Source of the DNA: Callorhinchus milii
Lineage: Eukaryota
Direction: 5' to 3'
Length of the DNA: 64,000 bases
Assembly (NCBI RefSeq): GCF_018977255.1
Contig: NW_024704743.1
Coordinates: forward strand, 75,208,001-75,272,000
Numbering within the stretch: the first letter of the stretch is position 1; each line of letters opens with the position of its first letter. Both the position numbers and the translations under genes were made by a program. Below are positions 12,986-46,100 of the stretch, piece by piece. The notes below the pieces were generated by a model. It saw nothing but the letters and a program-made list of their open reading frames with translations, ran no database searches and was not told the DNA's origin.

Positions 12986-15546
12986 TAATAGTCCTAACAA
13001 TGAACAAATTAATGATAATCTCAAATGGAAATAATATGCATCAAGCTAATTTTTATGTTTTAAAATTAAAACACAAGATAACAACTCAGCATATGGAGGA
13101 CTCTACAGAGAATGCTCGACAAGACCAAAACACATTAATCCATAATTGCATATTATATATTAATTCAAAACAACATCGAGAATAAACAACAGAGATTTTG
13201 AGTGGTTTGTATGAAAATTGCACATAATCAATTTTTTTGTACTTAATATACCTTTCCTCAACACTTAGGCTTGGTTCAATTAACACTGGAGCAATGGACC
13301 TCTGTGATTGAAAAAGTGTCAGTCTCTTGGGAGTGTGAATGAAAAACTGAAAGAAAAATTGGTGAGACACACAAAGCTTACTCCCTAGGCCGAGCATCAT
13401 TACCAATAGCTGAACCTTAAAGTACAAATTTCCCCAACAAAATTACATAATAAATAGATAACATGGTTTACAATGTTATTTAGTACCTTGAACTGATGGT
13501 TTGTGAAAAGCCTTTGTTTATCTCAGAATATCCTTCAGATTGTGAATGAGCAGCTTCTCTCGGTAGTATAGAAGCATTAATTCCCATGTCCCTATGTTCA
13601 CACCGAGTCCTGTGAATGACAGGTTTCCCAATCCTTTTAAAGATTTATTGGCTGTGATATTCTGCCACATCTCTCCCTCTTTTACCCAATATCAGCCTTT
13701 CTCTGTGTTTCAACTTTCAACGTTTACTCCCCTTCCCCCACCTTTATTCAAAAGTAAATTCAGTCAGATAGGAACAGAAGTACACAATTCAGCACATTTA
13801 ACCCACTCTGCCAGTTTATGTGTTTCTGGCAGCTTTTTATCATTTTAATCTAATTTTGCACCTTTTCTCACTAGCCTTACTGCACAAGTACCTATCAGCC
13901 TTTTAAGCAGCACAATTGATTCTGCATCAATGGCATTCTGTGACAGTGCTGTATGCGTACTCTCAGCCCTTCAGATTCATGATGACATCATTTATTGCTT
14001 GAAATCAAAGCTGGATTATAAAAACAATAATAATTTCAAAGCTATTCACCAAACTCTATTGAAGGGCAGTTATCAGGCATTAGAATGGTAAAGAGCTGGC
14101 TTGAGTTTAGAGTATGGCAGAGCGGGTTTGAACAGTCGAATGGCCTTCTCCTGTCATCAGAAGTAAAAATAGTCTCACTTCTATGAGTCACAGAGATAAA
14201 ACCCACACCAAATAATTGCAGCACAGTTCTGCCAGTTATTGCGTGTGAGCTTCAGCTCACTGCTGATTAATGTAGATTGTAAACATAGCTTTAATTCTAC
14301 TGCAGCTAACACTTCGACATGCCCTCGAAGATATCAGAGGAGCTGGGTCACACATCTCTGGTGATCAGAGCAAGTTGGAGTTGACTGGGCTGTGTTGACT
14401 GGGCCTTGCTTACTTTTATCTCAAGTCAAATTGGATCTTGTTATGTGTCAGATTTTTTTAAATCAAACTGTTTTTCTTGTTACAAAGAGTGAATTGAAGG
14501 AACATGAAGCTTGTACATCAGATGGGTCAGAGAACAGAATAAACAACCTAATATTATCTGAGCACATCGTCATTTGACGCTCATTTGGTCCAGATAGGAA
14601 GAACACCAGCTCAAAATGCATCAAACGTTGACCTGGTCATGACTATGGTGCAATGTCAGTATTTAATCTCTGGGGTGATCTGGTGTGTCAGTGTTCCCTC
14701 TGAATATATCACTAATTTACTGCATCTCATGCTGCATTGGCCAGATTTTGCAATGTTAACTGAAAATCACAATGAATGTAACAAATCTATTTTGGAAAAT
14801 AGTGCATTTTAGACCTTACTGTACTAAAGCAAGTATCACCCTGTCCTCAAGGACTTCTATAGACAAGAAGGAACGTAGACCCAAGTCAATTTCAGAGCAT
14901 TAACTGAAACCTTGTTGAGACCAAGTATTACAATATCAAATATTGCCAGTGATAAACTGGAGATAATTATTCTCATTTTTGTTGTTATAATATTTAAAGA
15001 TCCTAATCTCACGCTTCCTGTGTGGTTTGAAACACTGACTGCCCAGCGCTTTGGGACGTCCTCCCGACGTGAAAGGCGCTATATAAATGTAACTTTGTTG
15101 TTGTTGGTGGTGGTTATTAAAGAGAAGAAATGTCTCCCCCCCAATAGTTGACAGCCTTCAGTCTAACTTCTAACTCGCACAATTGTATTTTGTATGAATA
15201 TACACAATGATTTTCGTTCTGTCAGTGCTAAAATTTGAATGAGAATTGGATTCTTATTAGATTTTACAAATATTTTCTTTTCTTATCATAATCATTACAG
15301 ATGAAGTCATCTGTAATTTTTCAGTAACCTTAGGCTACTAAAATATAATTGGCTGGTAAATTATAAATGTTGAAATTCCCAGTTGGTTACTTGTGTTTAC
15401 ATATGGAAATCCTTAGCGCTTAGAGCAATTATCAACTCATTCATCAAACAACAATGACCTGTGAAACCTGACGATTACTTTTCAACAACACACCTGAGTC
15501 TTCACATTGAAGATGCATATATGGGTCAAAAGTGTGAGGCCCCACT

Positions 15547-16305
15547 ACAACAACAACAAAATTACGTTTGTATAGTGTCTTTCATGTCGAAAGGATGTCC
15601 CAAGACACTAGACAGTCAGTGTTTCGGACCGGAGCTGGGGTTGGGATTGGGGAGGGTGGAGGGCAGGGGGGGAAGCAGGGAGATCAAAAGCGCGGTCGAA
15701 GAGGAGGGCCTTGAAATGGGGCTTGAAGGAGGCAAGGGAGGGAGTGAGGCGGAGGGACTGTGGGATGGAGTTCCAAAGGGTAGGGGCAGAGTCGCAGAAG
15801 GCTCACCTGCCAATGGTGGGGCGGGTGAGGCGGTGTCTTGAAGCAGGCTGGAGCCCGCTGAGCGGAGGGAGCGGGCAGGATTGTAGGGGGTTAGGAGGTC
15901 ACAGAGTAGGGGGGAGCAAGACCATGGAGGCCTTTGAACAACAACAAGATTACGTTTGTATAGCGCCTTTCACATCTGGAGGACGTCCCAAAGCACTGGA
16001 CGGTGTATAGCATTTCAGGCCCAGGTTGGGGTCAAAGGGGGAGAAGGTAGGGGAGGGGAAGAAGCCGATGGCATGGTCGAAGAGGCGGGTCTTGAGGCGG
16101 GACTTGAAGGAGAGGGCAAGGCGGAGAGATTGGGGGATGGAGTTCCAGAGGTTGGGGGCAGAGTGGCTGAAGGCTCTCCTGTCAATGGTGGGGCGGGTGG
16201 GGCGGGTGGGTCGGGGGACGTGGAGCAGGTCAGAGCTGGCTGAACGGAGGGATCAGGTGGGTTGGTAGGGGGTTAGAAGATCGCAGAGGTAGGATGGGGC
16301 GAGGA
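15547..16305 (-). mobile_element. Two tandem L2 3' fragments
   Basis: Two (CAA)n tails at about 15547 and 15937, each followed by inverted L2 3' sequence. Confidence 0.8.
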
Positions 16306-17376
16306 TATATTATTATTATTATTATTATTATAGAATCAAGGAGCTTGGAGCAATAGGATAAGTTCAGTTACATTTGACAGAACAATATAATCTTATTGTA
16401 CCAAAAGTAACATATTGTCAGGAGATATATGGGGACACCACCTACAGTGTGCTTCACCAGACCGCGAGAGAGATCTTTACAGTATGTTTATCTACAAAGC
16501 ACTAAACATGGACTTTGGCCTTTCACCACCAACACTTGGAATTTTTCGACAATAAATGGAAAATGTCATCACTCACTTACTCTACTGAGACTAGGAACAA
16601 GAGTGATGCTGATATTCTGATACAAACAATTCTCATCCTAACAAAAGGGTCAGCTTCATGCATTCAGTTATCTTAATAAAAACTGTCTGACCAAGCTCTA
16701 GAGAATTAAATTACACACAGATATAAATATCGCTGCACAACAAGGACATAAATGGGAGGTATGGAATCCTTTAGTGTGCATCTTTGTCAGGAAATATTGA
16801 TCTCTATGTTTTCATCCACTGATGGTCTTTTGGGATGAGAGCAGAATGATACAGATTGTTACAGATGATTAACCAGCCACCGTACATAATCTATCACAAT
16901 GGGAAACCAGGGAAGTGTAACAAGGAATGTGCAGGGAAACTCTATCTATATCTTTTGCAATTTAAAGCAGATACCATTTTAAACAGGTTAGAATCAAAGG
17001 ATATTTATACAGTCAAATCTGTTGAAGCAAACATCGGCTGTCAACAATTACCCTGGAACAGTCCGGACTGATTTTCCATAATAAACCAACTCTATTCAGC
17101 AAGCCCCTGTTTAACACATGAATGGCCATTCTGTTTCAATCCTGTCAGTGTACTGACAACTCTTTCAGCAACCAGATCTGGTTTGATGGGCTGCAGTGTT
17201 GGCGTGCACTAGGGCCTGCAGAAATGTTTGGCCTGGGGAAACAGAAATGATTTGTATTTTGTAATTGATTTATTACTTTGTTAAAGCTAGTTTGATTGTT
17301 AAATTTGTGTGTGCACTGTATTTTTCTATAAACTTAGAAATTCTACACACACCAACAAACTCTTACTCAGACTCTT

Positions 17377-17630
17377 ACATAATAATAATATAATAATAAT
17401 AATCCTTGCATTTGATATAGCGCTTTTGACGTCTTCTGGACATGTCAAAGCGCTTCACAGAATAATAATAATAATCCTTGCATTTGATATAGCGCTTTTC
17501 ACATCGGGAGGACGTCCCAAAGCGCTTCACAGAACACACTGTAAAGTGAATTGACTGTATATTTGTGGGCAAACGCGGCAGCCAATTGCGCACAGCAGTG
17601 TCCCACAGTTGTGGATTGAAAATGACCAAT
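17377..17630 (-). mobile_element. tRNA-SINE 3' fragment with a duplicated tail
   Basis: Inverted match to the body of the 48373 SINE, with two (TAA)n-ATCCTTGCATTTGATATAGCG tails. Confidence 0.8.
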
Positions 17631-19724
17631 GACATAAAGGCCACTTTGGTCCAAGTGGTTGCTGAAAACAGGTTTGACTGTACTTTTAAAGAAACGTATT
17701 CGGAAACTAATCATCTATTCATTCCAGTAATTTCATGTAGAATAAGTAAAAATAAAGTAAATCTTTGCAAAATAAATAAAATAAATCCTCCCAACGTGAA
17801 AGGTGCTAGACAAATGTAATTTTGTATTGCATTTTATATTTGATATAGCGCCTTATCACATCAGTGAGGCAATTCAAAGTGTTTGCATTGGAATGTCAAC
17901 TCCCACCCTACATTTCAATGCACTGTTTCAGAGAAAAGGAGTACTGTTACAATGGAACAGACAATCCATAAGGGATCTAACAAAGATCCTCATAATTCTG
18001 AAAACTTCTGAGACGAGAGTGAAAGATTATTCCTATTGGTTGGTGAATCAGTAACAAGGGTGTAAATTCAATACGGGCACTGGAACAATTGGGGGGTGGA
18101 GGGGTGGGGGTGTTGTGGAGGGGGGAGGTGGAAAGTATGACACACTTTTTACTCAGAGGTTTATTAGGATAACAAAATGCTTTACTGTAAGTGGCTATCG
18201 AATCCAAGGCCATTGCGCCATGTATGGGGCAATTCAAAACACGTTTAAAGGCCAACGTTAGCCAGATGAGAAAGGTGATGAGTTGTGTGCTCAGAATATT
18301 TTACCGTCTAATAATAATTAATAATAATAATCTTTGCATTTGGTATAATGATAATGCCTTTTATTTCAGAAGGAAGTCCCAGAATACTTCACAGGATATA
18401 TTGTAAAGTGCAGTGACTGTGTATTTTGTGGGTGAATGCATCAGCTAATTTTGCGCACAACCATGAAGTGAATGATCCATTTTATTTGGGGGAATTTGTT
18501 GGTCAGACACCAGGAGAAACCCCCTTCTATTTTCAAATAGTATTATGGGGTCTTTAACATGCAAATGGGACCCTTGGTTTCATGTCTTATGCAAAGGACG
18601 GCACTTCCAATACCACTTGTGCAATTGTGCTGTTATTTTACATGTGGCACAGAAAAGATGAAGCTCCCAGCCTTTAAGGAAGCTTCAGAGATAGCCAATG
18701 GCTGGGTGCAGAGCAAATGGATCCTGTAAGGAGCACTTAAGTGTGGCAATGGGCTGTTGAGCCTTAGCAACCGTTGAGCCATTAGCAAACTTCCTGCAGG
18801 AATTAGAAATGGATGTGAGTTGTGCACTTCCCATGAGTGATGTCATGTATGTGCGCAATAAGGGGTGTTTGCTCACCTCCCAACCATTGAGATGGAATCA
18901 GAGCCATGGGGAGGGGAGGGTGTCACTCAGTGGCCAGTCTTGATGTGCCACTGCATTGGAATGTCAACTTAGACTGCGATTCCTGACGTGGGACTTGAAC
19001 CCCCGACCTTCTGATTCAAAGCCAAGAATGTTACCCAGTGAGCCAGGGTGATCCTGATCATCATAACCAATGTCATTTGAGATGTTCATTTTGAACAGGT
19101 TGGTGTTCACTTAATACAGGTGATCAGAGACAACAGCCTCCTGGAGGTGGTGGGAACTGCAGTTTACTGAAAACCTGAAATAAGAGATTGTATGTTTGTT
19201 TATCCCCCTCAGGTGGTCAAGCACGAGATCTGCAGCAGGACAGAGCACTCGCATCACCATCACACTGCTCATGTGTCCTGCTCATTCATTGAATGCATGC
19301 ATTTTGAGCAATCATCGTAAAAACGCTATCAAATACTTTGTGGATATGCGAGACTTTTGGAATAGGTTTTTCCCTGATCGACTGATACAAATTAACAGTA
19401 ATGAGGGGATGGTGGGTGGCAGGAGAGGTGTGCTATTTTGAAAATGTCAAAAGAGCCTTTGCATTTGACAGGACATTGTTTGAGGGCAATATCATCTGAA
19501 CAAAATCCGAAAGGCTATTTTTGGTGTTCGAGATAATCCCAATAAACCAGAATCCAAGGTGGGCTTTTTAACCTGTTAACGTTCAGATGTCAAGCACAGG
19601 ATTTCTGAAATACGGAATAGGTTTAAGAATGGCATTTCAATCTTCCAACCATTTGTACCAATACACTTAAGTGGGAAAAATAAAAATTTCCTTGAAATTC
19701 CAATGGTACTGTTATAGGTGTCAG

Positions 19725-20130
19725 CGTGACTCAGTGGGTAGTAAGCTAGTTTCTGAATCAGAAAGTTGCGGGTTCAAGGCCCACGTCAGGAATTAGTCTA
19801 AGTTGATATTCCAATGCAGTGGCGGGGTGTGCTGCATTGTTGAAAGTGCCATCCTTTAGGTGAGACGTTAAACTGAGGTCCTGTTCGCCTGATCAGATGG
19901 ATGTTAAAGATTCCATGGCACTATTCAAAAAGAGAAGTGAGTTTCTTCCAGTGTCCTGGCCAACAATTCCCCAAATAAAATTGGTCACTCACGCCATGGT
20001 TGTTTGTGGGACACTGCTGTGAGTAACTAGCTGCCACCTTTCACCCACAAAATATTACAGGTAAACCACTCTACAGTAGATCATGTGAAGCATTTTGAGA
20101 CATCCCAATGACATAATGCTCTATGTCAGA
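19725..20130 (+). mobile_element. Deu-domain tRNA-SINE, near full length
   Basis: A/B-box-like head (GACTCAGTGG..GGTTCAAGGCCC), Deu core and tail. Similar copies at about 18330-19050 (-), 34660-34960 (-), 44058-44450 (+) and 52483-52765 (+). Confidence 0.75.
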
Positions 20131-21330
20131 TACAAGGATTACTATTATGATAAGAGCAAATATTGAACCTGTGGAACAGGTTCCCTGGGGAAAAAGTTGA
20201 AGCAGGAATTCTACACTCTTTGATTCTTTCAAACAGATTAGATAGTTTTCTTTTAGGAAATAACATTATGGGATATAGTACATAGGTAGTTTGGACAATA
20301 TGCACATACAACTGCCAGGAAAGTGAACTAGATGGACCTTGGTCTTTTTTCATCTGGCATTTCCTATGTGAAAGAGAGTACAGAACCATATTCAATAAAT
20401 GGTTTGTGGCTTTGAAGAATGTAGCAATAATAATGGAAATATTGATATGGCACCTTATCACTTCATCCAAAAATCTGTTTCACTGCTGCATTTGCCTATA
20501 ACTTGTCACTACACTTTAGAGTGAATCTTGTGAAGCACTCAGACTAACATGATACTGGACTATAATATAGTGCCTTATCATATCTGTGAAACACCTCTAA
20601 GCACATCACAGAATATAATGTAAAGTGAACTATTTGTGGGTGAAACACACAATACTTGCTTGTGATATAGTGTTATTGGACACCTCCTACCATGAAAGGT
20701 GCTACATAAATATAAATTTGTATTGTATTGTTGTCATTGAGACAACAAAGTACTTACAGAATATAAAGTGGTGCATTACAAATGTAAGGATAACAAGAAG
20801 ATTACATTTGGGCCTTTCACATTGGGAGGATGTCTCAAGGAGCTGGACAGTGTACAGCCTTTCAGACCTGAGCTGGGGTCAAGGAGGGAAAGGGGGGTGA
20901 CCAATGGCATGGTCAAAGAGGAGGGTCTTGAGGCAGGACTTGAAATTATTTGTGCTACCTCATACATGCACCATTTACTACATTTGCTGACTGCTCTGCT
21001 CATTGCAGCAGTTGTTCCTTACACATTCAGCCACCAAGATTCAAACCTTCCAGACACAAAAATAAAATAGCATGCTCCAGAACACAGATGATCATTTATT
21101 CCTCAGATCCATCAAGCAAAAGGACTGGTTTAAAATAAAGCCAGTAAAATAATTCACAGAAAATGTTTTTTGAAAAAACATAACCAGTTGCAAATATTAA
21201 CTTTCCAAGACCTTTGAACATTTTTCAACAGAAGTGAAGACTCAAGGTACAACAGAAATAATAAAAAAAAACTACTGAGATTAAGTTCAGGAAATAGAAT
21301 TTACAAAAATAGACTTCTTGTGGAGCAGGC

Positions 21331-39773
<18,443 letters not shown>

Positions 39774-40125
39774 TGTCCGCGGCCCCGCGCGCCCACACCG
39801 CCCGCCCGCCGCCTGGTGCCCTCCGGGCAGCGTTCCATCAACAATCACGGCCGCGCGTGCCCCCCCCCCCCACTCCCCGCCCGCCCGCCCGCCGGCGCCC
39901 AGCCCCGCCCCCACAGCTCCTCCCGCACCGCACCGCTTCCGGGCACAAGGTTCAGGTTCACGAGGGAAGGGGAGGGCCGGGAAGTCGGCAGCTCCCCGAC
40001 GTCATCGCCTCGCGCCCGGACCCCGCCAGGGCCCCAGTGGCAGGGCTCGCGCGCGGGTGCGCGCGCACACTCGCGTGGCGGAGGTTGTCCGGAGTCCCGC
40101 GTGTGTGTGTGTGTGTGTGTCCGGG
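39774..40125. promoter_or_regulatory. Bidirectional CpG-island promoter (trnau1apl / PAK1IP1)
   Basis: Divergent ATGs 352 bp apart and CpG-dense. GC box at 39903, ETS-like CTTCCGG at 39936 and CCGGGAAGT at 39977, CRE-like GACGTCA at 39998. Confidence 0.85.
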
Positions 40126-43100
40126 ATGGACTGCGGCCCGGAGCGCGCGGCGCTGCTGCTCGCGGGGTCATACGAGCAGATTCTGTTCGGCTTTCAGCTC
40201 AAAGCGCAGGTCAGAGCCCCCCCCCACCGTCAGGGCTAATACTATACCCCCCCCACCCCCCACCGTCACCGTCAGGGCTAATGCTATACCCCCCCCCCCC
40301 ACCGTCAGGGCTAATGCTATACCCCCCCCCACCCCCACCGTCAGGGCTAATGCTATACCCCCCACCCCCACCGTCAGGGCTAATACTATACCCCCCCCAC
40401 CCCCACCCCCACCGTCAGGGCTAATGCTATACCCCCCACCCCCCACCGTCAGGGCTAATGCTATACCCCCCCCCACCCCCACCGTCAGGGCTAATGCTAT
40501 ACCCCCCCCCCCACCGTCAGGGCTAATGCTATACCCCCCCCCCACCCCACCGTCAGGGCTAATACTATACCCCCCCCCCACCCCACCCCCACCGTCAGGG
40601 CTAATGCTATACCCCCCCACCGTCAGGGCTAATACTATACCCCCCCCCACCCCCCACCGTCAGGGCTAATGCTATACCCCCCCACCGTCAGGGCTAATGC
40701 TATACCCCCCCCCACCGTCAGGGCTAATGCTATACCCCCCCCCCACCCCCACCGTCAGGGCTAATACTTACCCACCCCCCACCGTCAGGGCTAATACTAT
40801 ACCCCACCCCCTCCCCGTCAGGGCTCATGCTATACCCACCCCCCACCGTCAGGGCTAATACTATACCCCCCACCCCCACCGTCAGGGCTAATGCTATACC
40901 CCCCCCCCCCACCCCCACCCCGTCAGGGCTAATACTATACCCCACCCCCCCCACCGTCAGGGCTAATACTATACCCCACCCCCTCCCCGTCAGGGCTCAT
41001 GCTATACCCCCCACCCCTCCCGTCAGGGCTAATGCTATACCCCCCCACCCCCCACCGTCAGGGCTAATGCTATACCCCCCCACCCCCACCCCCCACCGTC
41101 AGGGCTAATGCTATACCCCCCACCCCCACCCCCCCAGTCAGGGCTAATACTATACCCCCCACCCCCACCCCCACCGTCAGGGCTAATACTATACCCCCCC
41201 CCCACCCCCACCGTCAGGGCTAATGCTATACCCCCCCACCCCACCCCCCCAGTCAGGGCTAATGCTAAACCCCCCACCCCACCCCCAGTCAGGGCTAATA
41301 CTATACCCCCCACCCCCCGGTTAGGGCTAATACTATACCCCCCCCCCGTCAGGGCTAATGCTATACCCCCCCACCCCCTCCCCGTCAGGGCTAATGCTAT
41401 ACCCCCCACCCACCCCCGTCAGGGCTAATGCTATACCCCCCACCCACCCCCGTCAGGGCTAATACTGTACCCCCCTAGGGTCAGATCTAATACTGTCCCC
41501 CCCCCCACCACTCCCCCGGTCAGAGCTAACTGTATAGCCTCCACCCCCATATCAGGACGATTACCCCACCCCATGTATCAGAGCTAGTAACCCCCCCCCC
41601 CGAAAGCTTGGCTTCTGTTTAGGGTCCGATCCCAAAGAGCACTGTTGTAAATTTCGCTGCCTGTCCTTCTCTTGTAGAGCTGGGATGCGGAAGCTGACTT
41701 CACTCATCATGCTCACACTGCCTCTTTAACAGCAGTGGCTGTAAATAATCGATATGTGGCAACAGGGAGTAAAGATGAAACTATTCAGCTGTACGACATG
41801 ACAAAGAAGGTCGATCACGGGTCATTATTGCACCATGATGGTAAGTAGCGATGTGCGTGACGAATCAATTGGCAGATTTAAAAGTAAAATGGGTAGTTGG
41901 AAAATAATGGCAGAATCGCATTGATTCTCTGTGGTGGTCTCGATGGTTTAGTTCCTGAACAGGCGAATCTCCAGGCACTGCTGATGACATCCCAGCCAGT
42001 CTGGCACATCAATAGGACTTGGAGGCGCAGAACAGTCACTGGGTGCAGGGATCCCGCTCAGCTACTGTTAGCCCAGGCAGCCAAAGCCCTAACGGCTTGG
42101 GTGGTTCTAGCTGGACAAGCAGAGCAAAGCATGCCAGGCAGTGATATCAATGGTTGGTTAAACTCCAGTGGTATCTCAAGGCACATTCTAGGGCTACCAA
42201 ACCTTGACTTTGGCCAACCTGCAATATTTTTGTTTGTAGGTGGCATACATTGAGCTCTAGGTCTGGATTGGATACTCTTAAACATGGTGATCGGTTTCCA
42301 CCTGGCTGACCAAAATAAAAGTACAGTATATGAGGAAAAGGCAAGGAAATAAATTTAGAAGATCTAGTAAAGAGACGGAATGTTTTTGATTATTGGAGGA
42401 ACTGAAATAATGTTTGTGAAAATAGCTGACATTGATAGAGTAGAACGTTTTAATGGGGAAAGCTGGGTGCTTTTTGTACATTGGGCTGTATAACGTCCAA
42501 GTGCAGATGTCTTCATAAAATTGACCATTTTGGTACTGTTGCATTAAAGACCAGGAAGAATTGTGCTGAAGTTTGCTAATTAATACGTAGGATAATTCTT
42601 GATTTACTGCGCAAGTCTTTTTATAATAGTGCTAATAGTACTAATAATAATTCTTGCATTTGGTATTGCACCTTTGACATCAGGAGGACATCTCAAATGT
42701 ACTTCACATGATTCAACTACAGGGGTATGGGGAAAGGGCAGATAAATGGGACTGAGAGGATTGCTCTTAAAAGAGTCAGCATTCCCTCAATACTGCACCG
42801 TTCATTCAGATTGACATGAGGCTTCTTCAATCCATAACCTCTGACCCAGAGGCAAGACTACCTCCAAGCTGACTCCATATCTTGTTTGTCTGCCTCTGCG
42901 TGACTTACTGTTTCAATGTTATGAATATAAAAATACACAAACGTATGCACCTGTGCTTTAAAGCTATCGTCCTCTCTTTCTTAAAGGCACAATAACCTGT
43001 CTGGAGTTTCACGGGAATAAACACTTGCTGAGTGGGGGAGAGGACGGTCTCCTCTGTGTGTGGGGAACAAAGAAGTGGGAATGTCTGAAGTCTATTCGAG

Positions 43101-46100
43101 CTCACAAGTAAGGTTCATTGCTGCATTCTGAGGCTATTATAACTTGTCGCTGCAGTCAGCTGATTTGAAAACTGTCTGGAAGGTTTTGGGTTGCAAGTAC
43201 AACTTTGATTAATCACCTTGAAGTGTGATATGCGATTTAAGATGACTACTTTGTTTAACCAGAGGTCATGTGTCATCGCTCTCAGTGCACCCATCTGGAA
43301 AACTCGCGTTATCAGTGGGAACGGACAAGACATTGAGGTACGTAAAAAATCGGGGAAGCACTGTATGTTTAAAAACAGACTGCTTCCTTGGTGTGATGCA
43401 CAAGACCATAAGTTTTATTTTCACATTTTTGATAAAGAGATTAGTGGGTAGTTTTAAAATATGAATGACAGAACTGTATACAGTAGAGCCTCTCTCTGAC
43501 TCCCTCACCGACATTCAAGATCCATCTCAAGACCTACCTCTTTGATGGCACTTGAACCTCCCCACCCCCTTCAGCTCACACCCCAGCTCGAGTATCCAAA
43601 GGTGCTGTATAAATATAAATTTGTATTGTATTGTTATAACACTAGCCCTGCACAGGTTTAGCACTTATATGACTGATTGCTTTTTGCATTTCTACAGGAC
43701 GTGGAATCTGATTGATGGAAAATCTGCATTTATTAAAAATATAAAGCAAAGTAAGTTGATGTGAGAATGTAACTATTTGAGTTAAGGGTGCAGTACATGG
43801 GAATGGAATCCTGCTCTACTCCTTACACTTTAAGTACTGGAGTCAAGCAGGATTCCAATTGATTCACTCAGGCGAAGCACAGGACACATATAGACTAAAT
43901 CTCCCGCTGCTGCAAAATCCACAATTAAAAGGGAAAACGGAGGAAGAGAAAAAAGAAGCACTGTTTGCTATTTTGCTAATGTTTTCAGTGATCTGCATCC
44001 ATATTGCTAGGTCTCTAAAAACAAAACTCTAACTATGTTTTATGTTTATCCATGTCATCCTGGCTCAGTTGGTAGCACTCTCGCCTCTGATTCAGAAGGT
44101 TGTGGGTTCAAGCCCCATGTTTGAACTTTGAGCTCATACTGTAAGCCGATGCTAGTGTAGTATTAGTGAAGCGCTGCAGTGTCGAAGGTGCCATCCTTTA
44201 GATGAAATGTGAAACCAAGGTCCCATCAGTTTGTTCAGATGTAAAAGATCCCAGGCATGATTTGAAAAGAGAAAGGGGTTTATTTTGGTGTCCTGGCCAA
44301 CATTCCCTCTGATCATTTATTTCACAGCTATTTGTGAAAATTGGTTGCCACGTTTGCCTACAAACTACATTTTGATTACACCCTAAATGCTGTGAAGCGC
44401 TTTGAGATGTCTTGCTGACATGGTAAGGCACTATATCAAATGCAAGGATGATAAACTGAGGAACATTTTGAATTGTTTCCCCCCTTCATACCAGTCTCCC
44501 TCACCACACGCAGCAGGTACAGGTGTGCGTGTAAACCGGGTGCACCATTGTTAATCGTCGCTGAAGGCAAGTCCAGTTACAATAAGTGTTCTTGACTGAC
44601 AACAGGAAACCTTCCACTTGGTCTCGGACTAGAGTTGATAGGGTTGAGTTTGTATTTGTAACCTGTGATGCTGGCGACATGGATGCTTCACCAAGTTCTG
44701 GCTTTATATTTCTCAGATGCTCAAATTGTCCAATGGTCACCAAGTGGCGAGAGCTATATTGTGGTTTTGGGTAAGCAGCTGGACATCTACAGCCTCACGA
44801 CTGCCTCCGTCAGTGGGGTCATCCAGTCCCAAACAAGGGTCTCAGCACTGAAATTTGTAACGGTAAGTTTCTTGCAGTGTTTACTTAGTGAAATGAAACT
44901 TACTTCACCTCCACCACCGTACTATCAAACCGTCAGCAATTGGGCTTTCAGCGTATCTGCCCCACATCCTGAAACTCCATCCTGGAGTCACTACAATTCG
45001 CCTCCTTCAAGGTCCTTAAGATCTTTCCCTTTGGCACACTTCCGATCTTCTTTTCCCTTAGGCTCACACTCTCAGCTTGCGTGCACCCTTGGATTGCCCA
45101 GCACCTTGGGATGTCCTCCTGATGTGAAAGGCGCCATATAAATGTCAATTTGTTGTTGAAGGGGTTAACTTCTTGACCAGCAGAGCCAACTTCGGTGAAT
45201 GGCTGATTTGTTTTCGTCTATTATTAACCAAGTTTTAAAATGTCTTTGTAAAAGAAAAATGATGAGTGGGAAATTAATTTTGTTTGTATTTTTATTATTT
45301 TAGAAACTAGTTCTAGTTTATTATTACTATGTGGCATTAACTCTCACGTTTTTTTGTTCCTTTGTAAATTTGTATTGCTGTCCTTTGATGGTCCTGAAGT
45401 CAGTCTGACACGTATTGATCATTACAGTTCACTTCCACATTATCGGAGAGGTTACTGGCGGACGAGGAGCTCAGGCTGATTGCTGTAATTAAACCTTTGG
45501 CTTATCTCTAGGAGTCTGTCATTGCTGTTGCTGGGGATGAAGAGGTTGTTCGGTTGTATGACACAAACTCACAGAAGTGCATTTGTGAGTTCAAAGCTCA
45601 CGAAACCAGGTATGATGAGGTTTGTGCTCTGTACATTGGCAATCTTCAGCGAATTTTGGATGTTTTAACACTTGTAGCCTATGAATATGTCATTTTGACT
45701 ATTTATACATAGATTCAATGTAAAAATAGGACTGAAACTCAGTGAAAAATGCAGCGCGAATATCGCCGGTGCTTAGGTGAATGATGCTGAAGATCACCGT
45801 CAGTATAGGGCAACTATTCTGCTTAAAAATAACATCAAAAATCCTTTGAAGTTCTTGGGGTAATTATTCAGGCAGCATTTTTAATGTTGAAGATCTGAAT
45901 CCTAGGCAGCTGGGACTTAACCGAGGGAGATTGTGACTTAGACAAAATTGGTTTCACTGGATTTGACTGATGTGTTGGACTGACTGATGTGTTGGACTGA
46001 CTGATGTTTGTTCTGATGCCGGGTGAGATCAGAAGGATGGGGAACCACACTAGTGGCAGCTACGCAAAGGAGGGGCTCAGTTCCTGCTGTTGCTTCTGAT

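Noticed and set aside
4200..21000. GCNT2 or TFAP2A exons expected from mammalian synteny
   Set aside because: No recognisable motifs in any frame; the interval is mostly repeats and AT-rich unique sequence.
40210..41530. CRISPR-like repeat-spacer array
   Set aside because: The apparent spacers are only poly-C tracts, the context is a eukaryotic intron, and there are no cas genes.
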